Shown: positions 21,179 through 31,713, numbered from the stretch's first letter. The stretch: 45,957 nt of DNA from an uncultured bacterium (GCA_964447125.1 CAYUSL010000003.1:1-45957); one strand, 5' to 3'. Made by a program: numbers and translations. Notes: generated by a model from the letters alone, not told the origin.

Positions 21179-21715
21179 TCAACCGCCGCGCGAATCGAGC
21201 GCGAAGAACATTGCGGCGATCACCAGCGCGTGCTGGATGATGCCGGTGCGCATCCAGCGACGGACTTCGTCGAGCGGCACGAACGCGATCGCGTCGATCT
21301 CATCCGGATCGAAATTCGCGACGCGACGCAGGCCGCGAGCGACGAACGTGGTGCAGCGATTGCCCTGGATCGCCGGGTTCGGCTCCACGACACCCACCTC
21401 GACCCACTCGTCAGCCTGGAACCCGGTTTCCTCGCGCAGCTCGCGCTGGGCGGCCTCGAGTGGCGTCTCGCCCGGATCGATGGCGCCCCCAGGGATCTCG
21501 TGCGTCATCGCCCGCGTTCCGAAACGGAACTGCGTGACCAACAGCACCCGATCCTGATCATCGAACGCCACCACGTTCACCCAATTCGCGATCTCGATGA
21601 GGAATGCGAGCTTCTCGGCGCCTTGCGCGGCGTCGATGAAACGGTCGCAACGCAAGCTCAGAAACGGGTGATCGAAGATTCGCTCACTACGCGCAGGTTC
21701 GCGTGGCTGGCCCAT
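21179..21715 (-). CDS. Nudix hydrolase (ADP-ribose pyrophosphatase-like)
   Basis: Nudix box GGAIDPGETPLEAAQRELREETG. ORF 21179..21820 trimmed to the ATG at 21715 (MGQPREP...). Confidence 0.85.
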   Translation of the reverse strand: MGQPREPARSERIFDHPFLSLRCDRFIDAAQGAEKLAFLIEIANWVNVVAFDDQDRVLLVTQFRFGTRAMTHEIPGGAIDPGETPLEAAQRELREETGFQADEWVEVGVVEPNPAIQGNRCTTFVARGLRRVANFDPDEIDAIAFVPLDEVRRWMRTGIIQHALVIAAMFFALDSRGG

Positions 21716-21837
21716 GGTCGCTTCGTCTGGATCCAACGTGAGTTCGGCGGGCCGGGCCCGCGACCGACGGAAACGGCGGGTCCCGAAGCTCGCGGACCCG
21801 CCGTGCTGCCGACGACTCACCGCTCGTCAGCGCGAGC

Positions 21838-22674
21838 TCATTCGACGACTTCGGCGATCGCGTTCGAGAGCACCGTCTTGCCTTCCTGGGTGGATGCCCG
21901 AACGACGTAGCGCCCGGGCTTTTCCTTCCAGCCTTCGGTGATGATGGTGTCGCCGGGGAAGACCACGCTCGCGAATCGCGCAGCAAACGACTTGAATCGT
22001 GCGGGATCACCGCCACACACCGAGTGCAGGATGGCGCGCCCCGCGTGCCCGTAGGTGCAGAGGCCGTGGAGGATGGGCCTGTCGAACCCACCCATCGCGG
22101 CGAACTGCGGGCTCGCGTGGAGCGGGTTCGTGTCGCCCGAGAGGCGATAGAGCAACGCCTGTTGCGGCAAAGTCTTGTACTCGACGCGGAAGTCGGGCGC
22201 CACGCCTTCGGGAGGATCGGCCTTCAGCGCCTCAGGCCCCCGATCGCCGCCGAAGCCGCCTTCGCCGCGGGCGAAGATGGTGAACACGTTGTCGAAGACT
22301 GGCTCACCCTCGATCGTGGTCTCGGCCTTCACCACCACCAGCGCCGCTTTGCCCTTGTCGTAGATTCCCGTCACCCGGCTGATCGTCGTCAGTTCGCCCT
22401 GCGGCGGGATGGGCCGGTGCTGAATCACGGTCTGCTCGCCGTGCAGGATCATCATCGGATTCACGTTCAGATTGCTGGTCGCCTGCACCAGGGCACGGAA
22501 CGAAGGCACCACCGCGAAGGTCGGGAAAACCTTGAGATCACCCATCTCGAACAAGAAGTCGAGCTCGTCGGTGCTCGCGCCGATCCCCAGCGCATACACG
22601 ACGACGTCCTTCCAGTCGTATTTGTGGATGATCGGGTCGGATTTCTTGCCTACGAGATCGAGATTGATGCCCAT
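21838..22674 (-). CDS. MaoC-like double-hotdog (R)-specific enoyl-CoA hydratase/dehydratase
   Basis: N-terminal hotdog (YALGIGAS...LHGEQ) and C-terminal MaoC motif YRLSGDTNPLHASPQFAAMGGFDRPILHGL. ATG at 22674 with GGAGG upstream. Confidence 0.85.
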   Translation of the reverse strand: MGINLDLVGKKSDPIIHKYDWKDVVVYALGIGASTDELDFLFEMGDLKVFPTFAVVPSFRALVQATSNLNVNPMMILHGEQTVIQHRPIPPQGELTTISRVTGIYDKGKAALVVVKAETTIEGEPVFDNVFTIFARGEGGFGGDRGPEALKADPPEGVAPDFRVEYKTLPQQALLYRLSGDTNPLHASPQFAAMGGFDRPILHGLCTYGHAGRAILHSVCGGDPARFKSFAARFASVVFPGDTIITEGWKEKPGRYVVRASTQEGKTVLSNAIAEVVE

Positions 22675-22730
22675 CGGTATCCTCCGCTTGCGGTTGGATC
22701 GCGAAAGCGCGCGAGTGTAGCGCGCACCGG

Positions 22731-24728
22731 TCACGATGGCTCGGGAGTGACGATGGGCTCGGTCACCGGGTGTGAGGCGAGCGCCGCGAGAATCGCGCTC
22801 GCGAGCGCGGCATTCACGCCGGCCACGCGCACCAGATCCTCGATCGACGCATCACGAATGCGCGCGACGCTGCCGAAGTGGCGGAGCAGCGCCGTGCGCC
22901 GCGCAGGCCCCACGCCGGGAATCCCGTCGAGCTCGGAACGAATCCGCTCGCGTCCCCTCACCTTCCGCTGGTAGGTGATGGCGAATCGATGGGCTTCGTC
23001 GCGAATCCGGCCCAGTAGCACCAAGCCCGGATCGTCGTGACGCAAGCTGATCGGGTTGGAGCGGCCGGGCCGGAAGATGCGATCGGGATCCTTCGCGATC
23101 GACGCCAGCTCCACTCCCGCGACCGCCAGATCCTGGAATACCCGCACAGCCACGTTGAGCTGGCCCTTGCCGCCGTCGACGAGCAAGAGGTCGGGGTCCG
23201 AGGCACGATCGCGACCGGCAGCGAATCGTCGCGACAACACCTCGTGCATCGCGCCGTAGTCGTCGGGAATCGATCGCGTCCGAATGCGATAGCGCCGGTA
23301 CCCGTTCTTCTCGGGAAGGCCGTCCTCGAAGCGCACGATCGATCCCACGGAGCCGGTCCCGCCGAGGGTGGACATGTCGGTGCATTCGATGCGACGTGGC
23401 TCGTTGGCGAGGTCGAGCTTCCGTCGCAGCGCGGCGAGGACCGCCCGCCGCTCGGCCGAGGGGTCGGTGGCGGCGGTGAGCGCAGCTGCCGCATTCTGTT
23501 CCGTGAGCTCGACGAGCCGCCGCTTGTCACCTCGCTCCGGCACGATCAGCCGTACTCGCCGTCCGCGTCGCTCGCTCCACCACTCCTCGAATGCCGCCAC
23601 GCTTGCGACGGCGCGCGGCACGACCACCTCGTCGGGCAGAACCTCGAGGCTGCCGTAACGACGTGCGAGGAAGGCCTCGAGCGGGTCTTCGTCTTCCTCG
23701 ATCGCGATCGCTAGTGGATGGGTCGACGAGCCGACCAATACCCCGTCCCGGACGGTCAGCACGGCGGCGCATGCAGCCAGACCGTTGGCGGCCACTGCGA
23801 CGAAGTCTTGATCGAGCTCACTGTCGCGAACGACGTGTTGGCGCTCGATCGTGGACTCGATGGCCCGAATGCGGTCACGAACACGCGCGGCCTCTTCGTA
23901 GCGTAGTCCTTGCGCCGCTGCAGCCATCCGCTCGTGAAGTGCACGCAGCACGTCGCGACTTTGGCCACGCAGAAAGTGCACCGCACCATCGACGAGCTTT
24001 CGGTAGTCCGCCTCCGAGACCAATCCCACGCACGGTCCAAGGCATTTGCCGATCTGGTAATCCAGGCACGGCCGCGACCGGTTCGCGAAATCCCCGTCGC
24101 TGCACGTTCGCAGTGGGAACGTTCGGTGCAGCTCGGCCACGGTGGCGCGCACCGCTTGCGCCGACGAATAGGGGCCGAAGACCAATGCGTTGACGCGCGA
24201 CGGCCGCCGCTCGACTCGCACCTTGGGGTACGGGTGGCCGAGATCGAGGCGAAGCGAGGTGTACGTCTTGTCGTCGCGAAGACGGATGTTGTAGCGAGGC
24301 CGGTGCTTCTTGATGAGGGTGTCTTCGAGGATGAAAGCTTCCTTCTCGGTCTCGGTGAGCGTGACCTCGAGATCGCGAACGCGGGCCATCAAGAAGCGCA
24401 CGTGATGGCGACCGTCGCCGACGTCGCTGGCGAAGTAGCTGCGAACGCGATCACGCAGGCTCTTCGCCTTACCGACGTAGAGGACGCGACGGCGCGCGTC
24501 GAGCAAGACGTACACACCCGGGCGCCGCGGCAACCGCGCCACCTTGTCGAGAAGCTCGGGCGAATGGCCGAACGGTGCTTGGTCCGCGTCGGCTTCAGAA
24601 CGTTCCAGCGCGGCGATCGAGACGGGGGCCGAGACGTCCGATGCGGCGGGCGCGGGGATATCCGACCGCGCTACTTCGACACGGTCGAGATCGTTCGGAT
24701 CGCTCGGCTCGGGCGGGATCGGAAGCAT
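22731..24728 (-). CDS. uvrC: Excinuclease ABC subunit C
   Basis: GIY-YIG block PGVYVLLDARRRVLYVGKAKSLRDRVRSYF, UVR domain (YEEAARVRDRIRAIE), endonuclease region and C-terminal HhH2 (IPGVGPARRTALLRHFGS). Start set to the ATG at 24728, 40 nt after the uvrB stop. The ORF is open to 24848. Confidence 0.92.
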   Translation of the reverse strand: MLPIPPEPSDPNDLDRVEVARSDIPAPAASDVSAPVSIAALERSEADADQAPFGHSPELLDKVARLPRRPGVYVLLDARRRVLYVGKAKSLRDRVRSYFASDVGDGRHHVRFLMARVRDLEVTLTETEKEAFILEDTLIKKHRPRYNIRLRDDKTYTSLRLDLGHPYPKVRVERRPSRVNALVFGPYSSAQAVRATVAELHRTFPLRTCSDGDFANRSRPCLDYQIGKCLGPCVGLVSEADYRKLVDGAVHFLRGQSRDVLRALHERMAAAAQGLRYEEAARVRDRIRAIESTIERQHVVRDSELDQDFVAVAANGLAACAAVLTVRDGVLVGSSTHPLAIAIEEDEDPLEAFLARRYGSLEVLPDEVVVPRAVASVAAFEEWWSERRGRRVRLIVPERGDKRRLVELTEQNAAAALTAATDPSAERRAVLAALRRKLDLANEPRRIECTDMSTLGGTGSVGSIVRFEDGLPEKNGYRRYRIRTRSIPDDYGAMHEVLSRRFAAGRDRASDPDLLLVDGGKGQLNVAVRVFQDLAVAGVELASIAKDPDRIFRPGRSNPISLRHDDPGLVLLGRIRDEAHRFAITYQRKVRGRERIRSELDGIPGVGPARRTALLRHFGSVARIRDASIEDLVRVAGVNAALASAILAALASHPVTEPIVTPEPS

Positions 24729-24768
24729 CGCGTTGCGCCCTACGCTCGGCTCCTCGATCGTGCGGAGG

Positions 24769-26913
24769 TCAACGGCGTCGCCGTCGCCCCGCCGGCGAGC
24801 CGCGTCGCGACGACCGATCGTCACCGGCTGCCGCGACGGGGACCGCACTCAGCTTACCGTGGACGGCTCGGCGATCCCCGACCGGGTGCGCCGCGCCGAT
24901 GCCCAGCTCGGCGGCCTCCAGGCGATGGACCTGATCGCGGAGATCGGCCGCACGCTCGAAATCGAGCGCCTCTGCAGCAGCAATCATCTCCTTCTTGAGG
25001 CGCGCGATGGTCTGATCGCGATCGTCCGCTACCCCCGGGTCGCGCGCCGGCACGTCGACGGTGACGTGATCGGCGGCGCAAACCTCGCCGACGGTGCTCC
25101 GGATCAAGGTCGGTACGGTCTCGGGCGTGATGCCGTGCTCGGTGTTGTAGGCGGCTTGGATTTCGCGGCGGCGCTCGGTCTCGCGTAGCGCGACCTCCAT
25201 CGATGGCGTCACTGCATCGGCGTAAAGGATCACGCGACCATTCACGTTTCGTGCAGCGCGTCCGATGGTCTGGATCAACGAGCGCTGCGAGCGAAGGAAC
25301 CCCTCGCGGTCCGCATCCAAGATGGCGACCAGCGCCACCTCGGGGAGATCGAGCCCCTCGCGCAGGAGGTTGATGCCGACCAGCACTTCGAATTTCCCGA
25401 GGCGCAGGTCGCGCAGGATCTCGACGCGCTCCAGCGTCTCGATGTCGGAATGGAGGTACCGGACTGCGACACCGATGTCCCGATAGTACGTGGTGAGATC
25501 CTCGGCCATCCGCTTGGTGAGCGTCGTGACCAGCACGCGCTCGCCTCGCGCTGTGGCCGTGCGGATCTCGCCGAGGAGATCGTCGACTTGCGTTCCCGCC
25601 GGGCGTACCTCCACGTGAGGGTCCATGAGCCCGGTCGGACGGATGACCTGCTCAACCAGCACCCCACCGGCGCGCTCGATCTCCCAATCGCCCGGAGTGG
25701 CCGAGACGAAAAGCGTGTCACCGATCCGCTCCAGGTATTCATCGAACGTGAGTGGCCGGTTGTCGAGTGCCGACGGCAGTCGAAATCCGTGCTCGACCAA
25801 GGTTTCCTTGCGCTGCCGGTCGCCACGGAACATGCCGCCGACCTGCGGAATCGTGACGTGGCTCTCGTCGATCAGCAGCAGGAAGTCGTCGGGGAAGTAG
25901 TCGAGCAACGTGGCCGGCGGAACGCCCGGGCCACGGCCATCGAGATGGCGCGAGTAGTTTTCGATCCCTGGGCAGTAGCCCATCTCGCTCAGCATCTCGA
26001 GGTCGTAGAGCGTGCGGCTCTCGAGCCGCTGCGCTTCGACGAGCTTGTCGCGGTCGCGTAGGTCGCGCAGCCGACCCGCGAGCTCGTCGCGAACGCGCTC
26101 CACGGCTCGGTCGAGCCGATCCTTGGGTGTCACGTAGTGGCTGCCTGGGAAGACGGCGACCTGATCGAGTCGGTCGAGAACCGTGCCCCGCAGTGCGTCG
26201 ATCTTGGAGATGCGCTCCACGGTATCGCCGAAGAGCTCGATGCGGACCGCCTGGTCGGACTCGTATGCGGGAAAGATCTCGATGACGTCGCCACGAACGC
26301 GAAACGTGCCGCGATGGAAGTCGACGTCGTTGCGCACGTACTGCATGCCGACGAATGCCCTGAGGAGCTGGTCACGCGCGACTTCCGTGCCGACGCGGAC
26401 CTCGACCAACATCTGACGGTAAGCCTCCGGGTCGCCGATGCCGTAGATGCACGACACGCTGGCGACGACGATGACGTCACGACGCGTGAGCACCGAACGA
26501 GTTGCCGAGTGCCGGAGCTTGTCGATCTCGTCGTTGATCGACGCGTCCTTCTCGATGTACGTGTCGCTCGAGGGAACGTAGGCCTCGGGCTGGTAGTAGT
26601 CGTAGTAGCTGACGAAGTACTCGACGGCGTTGTGGGGAAAGAGATCCCGCAGCTCCGCGAAGAGCTGCGCGGCGAGTGTCTTGTTGGGTGCCATCACCAG
26701 CGCCGGCCGCCCGAGCTGGGCGATCACGTGCGCCATCGTGAACGTCTTGCCCGAGCCGGTTACCCCGAGCAGGACTTGGGCATGCAAGCCCGAACGAAAG
26801 CCCTCAACCAACTCGGCGATCGCTGCAGGCTGATCTCCCCGCGGCTCGAGGTCGCTTTCGAGCCGGAATTCCGCGAGTGCAACCGGCACAGGCGCGCGGA
26901 TCTCAGCCGTCAC
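24769..26913 (-). CDS. uvrB: Excinuclease ABC subunit B
   Basis: RGDQPAAI, Walker [32 protein letters not shown]-terminal UVR motif ([17 protein letters not shown]). The GTG start at 26913 overlaps the cysS stop by 11 nt. Confidence 0.95.
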   Translation of the reverse strand: MTAEIRAPVPVALAEFRLESDLEPRGDQPAAIAELVEGFRSGLHAQVLLGVTGSGKTFTMAHVIAQLGRPALVMAPNKTLAAQLFAELRDLFPHNAVEYFVSYYDYYQPEAYVPSSDTYIEKDASINDEIDKLRHSATRSVLTRRDVIVVASVSCIYGIGDPEAYRQMLVEVRVGTEVARDQLLRAFVGMQYVRNDVDFHRGTFRVRGDVIEIFPAYESDQAVRIELFGDTVERISKIDALRGTVLDRLDQVAVFPGSHYVTPKDRLDRAVERVRDELAGRLRDLRDRDKLVEAQRLESRTLYDLEMLSEMGYCPGIENYSRHLDGRGPGVPPATLLDYFPDDFLLLIDESHVTIPQVGGMFRGDRQRKETLVEHGFRLPSALDNRPLTFDEYLERIGDTLFVSATPGDWEIERAGGVLVEQVIRPTGLMDPHVEVRPAGTQVDDLLGEIRTATARGERVLVTTLTKRMAEDLTTYYRDIGVAVRYLHSDIETLERVEILRDLRLGKFEVLVGINLLREGLDLPEVALVAILDADREGFLRSQRSLIQTIGRAARNVNGRVILYADAVTPSMEVALRETERRREIQAAYNTEHGITPETVPTLIRSTVGEVCAADHVTVDVPARDPGVADDRDQTIARLKKEMIAAAEALDFERAADLRDQVHRLEAAELGIGAAHPVGDRRAVHGKLSAVPVAAAGDDRSSRRGSPAGRRRRR

Positions 26914-28402
26914 GCCAGCTCTCTGCGGCGACTTCGACGACGTCCCAATCCGTCACGCCGCCCGAACGATCCTCGAGCACGACCCCCCGCGACGCGAGCT
27001 CGGTTCGCACCGCGTCGGCATCGGCCCAGCGCTTCTCGGCGCGGGCCTGAGCGCGCGCGGCGAGTCGCGATCGCACCCATTCCGCCTCAAGCCCGAGTCG
27101 GCACGTGCGGCGCTCACGGTCCCGCTCCAGCCAGACGGACGCAGTCGAGACGAACACACCGAGCACGGCGCCGAGTCGCACGAGCATGGCGCGCCCATCG
27201 AGCGCCGCGGCTCGCTGCGCTGCTGCCTTCGCACCACGCGCCAGGTCCGCCATCTTGTTGATCGCTCGGACGCCGTCGAAGAGCACGCCGATGGCGCGAG
27301 CCGTGTTGAAATCGTCGTCCATCGCCGCGCGGAACTCTTCCTCGAGCGCATCCCACGACGAGACGGCCGCTTCCTCGCCGCCGGGCGTGACGCTCGTCTT
27401 CGTCGCCCCCCAATCCCCGCGATCGACGCGCGCGATGGTCGCGTAGCCGCGCGCCAGCGCCTTGCGGCTCTCCTCGATGCCATCCAGCGTGAAGTCGACC
27501 GGACTGCGGTAGTGCTGGCTGAGCAAGAAGAGCCGGATGGTCTCGGCATCGTGGATCGACAGGAGATCGCGAATGGTCGAAAAGTTGCCGAGCGATTTCG
27601 ACATCTTCTCTTGATTCACACGGATCATGCCGTTGTGCATCCAGACGCGCGCGAACTTCACACCCGAAGCCGCTTCGCTCTGCGCGATCTCGTTTTCGTG
27701 ATGCGGAAAGATCAGGTCGCTGCCGCCGCCGTGGATGTCGAAGGGGACTCCAAGCTGCGTCGCGGCCATCGCCGAGCACTCGATGTGCCACCCTGGGCGA
27801 CCCGGGCCCCAGGGGCTGGGCCAAGAGGGCTCCCCGGGCTTCACGCTCTTCCACAGCGCAAAGTCTTCGGGGGCGCGTTTGCGCGCGTCGACATCCACCC
27901 GCGCGCCCGCACGCACTTGATCTACGTCCTGCCCGGAGAGACGCCCGTATGCCGCGAACGCATTCACCGAAAAGAAAACGTCCCCCTCGACGGTGTATGC
28001 GGCACCGCGCTCGATGAGCGTCGCGATGAGCGACTGCATGTCGGCGATGTGATCCGTCGCGCGCGGCTCTACCGATGGAGGCGATAGTCCGAGGTCGCGC
28101 ATGTCGTGACCGTATTCTTCGGCGTAACGACGCGCGATCTCGTGCCACTCGACGCCGTCGCGCTGGGCGCGTTGGATGATCTTGTCGTCCACGTCGGTGA
28201 GGTTTCGAACCATCCGCACCTCGTATCCGAGGTACTGGAGGTAGCGGCGCACCACGTCGAACGTCAGCGCCGATCGCGCATGACCGAGATGGGCCGAGTC
28301 GTACACGGTAGGTCCGCACACGTACATGCGGACCCGTCCAGGCTCGATCGGCACGAACTCGTCCTTGGTTCGGCTCAACGTGCTGTAGATCTTGAGGGTC
28401 AT
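26903..28402 (-). CDS. cysS: Cysteine--tRNA ligase
   Basis: [18 protein letters not shown] (HIGH-type) and KMSKSLGN. Start set to the ATG at 28402 ([11 protein letters not shown]...). Confidence 0.95.
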   Translation of the reverse strand: MTLKIYSTLSRTKDEFVPIEPGRVRMYVCGPTVYDSAHLGHARSALTFDVVRRYLQYLGYEVRMVRNLTDVDDKIIQRAQRDGVEWHEIARRYAEEYGHDMRDLGLSPPSVEPRATDHIADMQSLIATLIERGAAYTVEGDVFFSVNAFAAYGRLSGQDVDQVRAGARVDVDARKRAPEDFALWKSVKPGEPSWPSPWGPGRPGWHIECSAMAATQLGVPFDIHGGGSDLIFPHHENEIAQSEAASGVKFARVWMHNGMIRVNQEKMSKSLGNFSTIRDLLSIHDAETIRLFLLSQHYRSPVDFTLDGIEESRKALARGYATIARVDRGDWGATKTSVTPGGEEAAVSSWDALEEEFRAAMDDDFNTARAIGVLFDGVRAINKMADLARGAKAAAQRAAALDGRAMLVRLGAVLGVFVSTASVWLERDRERRTCRLGLEAEWVRSRLAARAQARAEKRWADADAVRTELASRGVVLEDRSGGVTDWDVVEVAAESWRDG

Positions 28403-28590
28403 GAGCGGTCTCCGCAATGTCGTGCCGTGGTGCCTCGGTCTCTCGCACCGAGCGTTGGTCCCATCACCAGCTCCGTGCTCGACGGGGAATGCACGCGGCA
28501 GCTAGCAACGGGCCACGAACCTCCCTTCGTCGTACCCGACGAATCACGCACCCGCGCTGACGCATGCTCGAAGGAGACGGAACGTGCGAA

Positions 28591-28621
28591 GGCCGCGGCG
28601 CCTCCCGCTTGCGCCGCGGCC
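28591..28621 (-). terminator. GC-rich hairpin just downstream of the CarD/CdnL gene
   Basis: Perfect 11-bp inverted repeat GGCCGCGGCGC / GCGCCGCGGCC with a 9-nt loop, about 24 nt past the stop. On the minus strand it is followed by TTCGCACGTTCCGTCTCCTTCG. Confidence 0.4.
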
Positions 28622-28644
28622 CAAACCACACCCGCGGGGATCCG

Positions 28645-29325
28645 TCAGGACTTCTTGGACTTGCTCGGGCCGCCGTTGCCGTTTCCGTTGCTCGGCCCGG
28701 CGGGCTCGGTCTTTGCGCGGCTGCGGCTCGCCTTGGGCTCGCCCAGCACGCGGTCGAGATCGGCGAGGACGTCCGGCTCTTTCATGCCCTTGGCGATCGC
28801 GATCTCCTTGACCAGCAGATTGCGAGCGGTGTCGAGCATCTTGCGTTCGCCGAAGGAAAGATCCTTCTTCTTTCGCTTCAATACGCAGAGATCGCGCAGC
28901 ACTTCGGCGATCTCGAGCACCGAGCCCGTCTTGATCTTCTCGGTGTACTCGCGATAACGGCGATTCCAAGTCTGGGTGTCGATCCGCAGATCCTGCTCAC
29001 GCAGGATCTTGTAGATCTTCACCACCATCTTCTTGTCGATGACCCCCCGCAGCCCCACGCTCTCGACGTTGTGGGTGGGAATCATGATCGTCATGTCGTT
29101 TTCGAGAATCCGCAGCATGTAGAACTTGAGGCGGCTGCCCGCGATGTCCTTGGTCTCGATCGACTCGATCACACCGACGCCATGAGCCGGATAAACCGCC
29201 TTGTCCCCGACCCGAAAGACCTGCTTGCTCTCGGTGGAACGCGTCGGTGCGACCTGCTCAGGCCGGGGCGCCGGGGGTGGAGGGCTCGCGGGGCGGCTCT
29301 TCGTGGCTCGGGCGTGTGCTGCCAT
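28645..29325 (-). CDS. CarD-family RNA-polymerase-interacting regulator (CdnL-like) with N- and C-terminal extensions
   Basis: Core FRVGDKAVYPAHGVGVIESIE...FYMLRILENDMTIMIP...WNRRYREYTEKIKTGS...EVLRDL...LSFGERKMLDTARNLL. It is preceded by a 35-aa Pro/Ala-rich segment and followed by the basic tail KASRSRAKTEPAGPSNGNGNGGPSKSKKS. No alternative in-frame start exists before the core. Confidence 0.9.
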   Translation of the reverse strand: MAAHARATKSRPASPPPPAPRPEQVAPTRSTESKQVFRVGDKAVYPAHGVGVIESIETKDIAGSRLKFYMLRILENDMTIMIPTHNVESVGLRGVIDKKMVVKIYKILREQDLRIDTQTWNRRYREYTEKIKTGSVLEIAEVLRDLCVLKRKKKDLSFGERKMLDTARNLLVKEIAIAKGMKEPDVLADLDRVLGEPKASRSRAKTEPAGPSNGNGNGGPSKSKKS

Positions 29326-29790
29326 AGGGTGGGAAAGCGGTCCTTTCTAGGGCTATGCGACGATCGATGGCACTGGCAGCACCCGCGTTGACGTCTCGAT
29401 ACCAGTCCCGCTGGACCGCAGCGTCGCGTGGGCCGACGGATCTGCGGTGCCACCGCATCCCGTCGATCTCGTATCTACCTCTCCACCGCGTCGATCATGC
29501 GAGGCTTGGCGGTCACCGAAGACACGACTGCGCTCAAGCAGACTAGCGGTTTTCACGAGCCGCGTCAACGGTTTTCTCCAGCCATGCAGGCAACTTGCGA
29601 CGACTCGACCCTCGCTCCCATTCCATGCGTCACCGGTCGATGTCGGTTGGAACGCGGCCGCTGCCAGCCAACTCGCGAGCGATTCGGTGGGCCGGCGGCT
29701 CGAGTGGTCGACCGCGTTGCTTGTGGCGATCGATTTTGGTATCTCTTTGCCATCCGGACACTTACGCCCGCTCGACTCGGGGAGGACGGC

Positions 29791-30903
29791 ATGCGGTGGA
29801 ATCACGTTCCAGTGTGGCTTTCGGCGCTCGCCATCGCGCTCTCGGGATGTTCGAGCCCCTACGTACATCGAATCGAGCCGGTCGAAACGACGCGAAAATA
29901 CCTCACCCAACAGGCACGGCCGCCGATTCCCGCGTTCCGGCAAGTGGCGGTTCTGCCGTTCGCCGACTACAGCGAACTGACGTTCCTGCAAGACCGCGGC
30001 TACCCGGGGCAGTCGGTGATCGAGGCGGTCGCCGATCAATTCGTCGCCCACAGCGTCTCGGTTGTACCCCAGGAAGACGTCGACCGAGCGCTGCTCGCGA
30101 TGCGCGTGCTTCCGGATCTCGAGCGGCAAGGTGTGACTCCCGATCCGCAGACCCTGCTCTACAACGGCCCGCACACGTTCAATCACGAGTTCGATCACCA
30201 CGGCGACGGGTTCCGCGCAGCACTCCGAGACATGGGGTACAGCGAAGAGCTAGCCCTGCCGCTCACTTCGAGCATCCGCCAAGCGCGTCACGACGGCGCA
30301 GCCGACGCCGGCGTGACGACGGACGACATGGTGCGCGTCACGAACAAGGTGAAGACCCGCAACGTTTATGGGCTCACCGCCGATCAACTCGTCGACCTCG
30401 GCCATCAGCTTGGCGTCGATGCCGTCGTGCGCGGTCGCATACTCGAATACGGTCTCAAGAAGACACCGACCGTCGACCCTGCGTACGGCTTGGGGATCTT
30501 GTCCAAGATCGCGATGGGACTCGACTGGCTGCTGCTCGATTGGAAGGATGCAGGCGACTATGCGGCAGATGAGCCCCGAGAGGAGGTTCGCCGCGACGTG
30601 GATTGGTCCCGCCCGCGACTCGGGGGCAATCCCATGGGGCCGATCGCCACGCTCGTGGGCGGGCCGCCCAATCTGAAGAGCTCAGCGATCGTCCAGGTAC
30701 GCGTCTACGTGCAAGACGCGCGGACCGGCGAGACGCTGTGGAGCAATCGCGCCGAGGTCGAGACGGCACCATTCTCGATCTTCCACTTCGACGATCAGCA
30801 CCTCAAGAGCCTTTTCGATGAAGCGACCGAGAAAGCCGTGGCAGAAGTGATGCAGACGTTCTTCCATGGACGAGATCGCTGGGGCGAGATGCGGAACGGT
30901 TGA
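29791..30903 (+). CDS. Putative lipoprotein of unknown function (LpoB/CsgG/DUF799-like strand motifs with large insertions)
   Basis: Internal ATG of ORF 29428..30903 with GGAGGA 5 nt upstream. Signal peptide and lipobox MRWNHVPVWLSALAIALSGC. Motifs VAVLPFADYS, LGVDAVVRGRILEYG and IVQVRVYVQDARTGETLWS. Confidence 0.7.
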   Translation: MRWNHVPVWLSALAIALSGCSSPYVHRIEPVETTRKYLTQQARPPIPAFRQVAVLPFADYSELTFLQDRGYPGQSVIEAVADQFVAHSVSVVPQEDVDRALLAMRVLPDLERQGVTPDPQTLLYNGPHTFNHEFDHHGDGFRAALRDMGYSEELALPLTSSIRQARHDGAADAGVTTDDMVRVTNKVKTRNVYGLTADQLVDLGHQLGVDAVVRGRILEYGLKKTPTVDPAYGLGILSKIAMGLDWLLLDWKDAGDYAADEPREEVRRDVDWSRPRLGGNPMGPIATLVGGPPNLKSSAIVQVRVYVQDARTGETLWSNRAEVETAPFSIFHFDDQHLKSLFDEATEKAVAEVMQTFFHGRDRWGEMRNG

Positions 30904-31173
30904 TCACGCACATCCGGCTCCATCGATCTGCGCGCCATTGACCTTCTACTGAAGAAGGCACGCGCCAGCGGCGCGCCAACGAGCGTAGCGAGTCGACTTG
31001 GCGTGGGGTCTCACGAAAGGCACATTTTTCGTGGGGCGGGGGTCTGGAACGGACCCCCGAGAAGCATCGGCGGACGCGAACAACTCGCCGCTGCGAGTTT
31101 TTCAGCAGCGTGTTGGCCCAGATCCGCGTGCTCGAGACCAGGCGCCAGCAGATGGCATACGCGGGTCACCAGT

Positions 31174-31713
31174 TCAGCGCGGCGTCGCGGCGCCAGTGCC
31201 GCGCACCGCGCGCACATTCTCCGGCAATCGACCCAGATCCCATATCCACGTTCCGCTCGGCCTTCCATCGGCGGTCGCGATCTCCCCGAGGTAGCTCGCG
31301 CGCAATTCGAGCACGGAACCCGAGCGCAGCACGAAGTCCATCGTCGAACCAAAGCGCGGTAGACCGCCGTTCGAGTCACAGAGCCCGTGCAAAAACGCCA
31401 GAGCGGGCGCAACGACGCGCGTGCGATAGTACGTTGAGGTGTTGACGTTCGCCCCCATGCCTGCACTCGCGGCTCCAGCGCTGGCGGGGCTACCCGCGAT
31501 CGCTATCAGGCCCCGGAGCCCCATCGCATCGAGGCGCTTCCGTGCTTCGAACTGCCACGCGAGCTCGGCCGTGACCGAACTGGACGCGCTCGGACGGCCA
31601 CCCGCCGGCTCGACGCACCGCCCAACACGCGTCGGCATCGCCGCCGCGAGGACAGCCAAGGCGAGGGGCGCACGGAAACGCCGCACCGGCGTCCGCCCTC
31701 GCGTCTCAGACAT
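31174..31713 (-). CDS. Hypothetical secreted protein
   Basis: 179-aa ORF. ATG at 31713 with GAGG 7 nt upstream. N-terminal signal-like RRFRAPLALAVLAAAMP. GC3 is high but with several rare codons (TTT, TTG, CTA, ATA, AGG). I recognise no family. Confidence 0.45.
   Translation of the reverse strand: MSETRGRTPVRRFRAPLALAVLAAAMPTRVGRCVEPAGGRPSASSSVTAELAWQFEARKRLDAMGLRGLIAIAGSPASAGAASAGMGANVNTSTYYRTRVVAPALAFLHGLCDSNGGLPRFGSTMDFVLRSGSVLELRASYLGEIATADGRPSGTWIWDLGRLPENVRAVRGTGAATPR

Noticed and set aside
29547-29576. 8-nt direct repeat CGGTTTTC twice, 22 nt apart, in the cdnL/lipoprotein divergent region
   Set aside because: One chance 8-mer repeat is expected in a region of this size. There is no third copy and no palindromic partner, so it is recorded only as a possible operator to test.
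31036-31056. Hairpin GGGGGTC-tggaacg-GACCCCC in the 270-nt gap after the lipoprotein and hypothetical genes
   Set aside because: It could be a shared terminator for the convergent genes, but no U-tract follows it on either strand (only a TTTTT before it on the plus strand). It is too weak to call.
31174-31713. Possible PagL-like lipid A deacylase assignment for the 179-aa secreted ORF (string HGLCDSNGG)
   Set aside because: The His-to-Ser spacing differs from the HxSNxG motif, and the motif is not near the C-terminus as in PagL. The assignment cannot be supported without a profile search.
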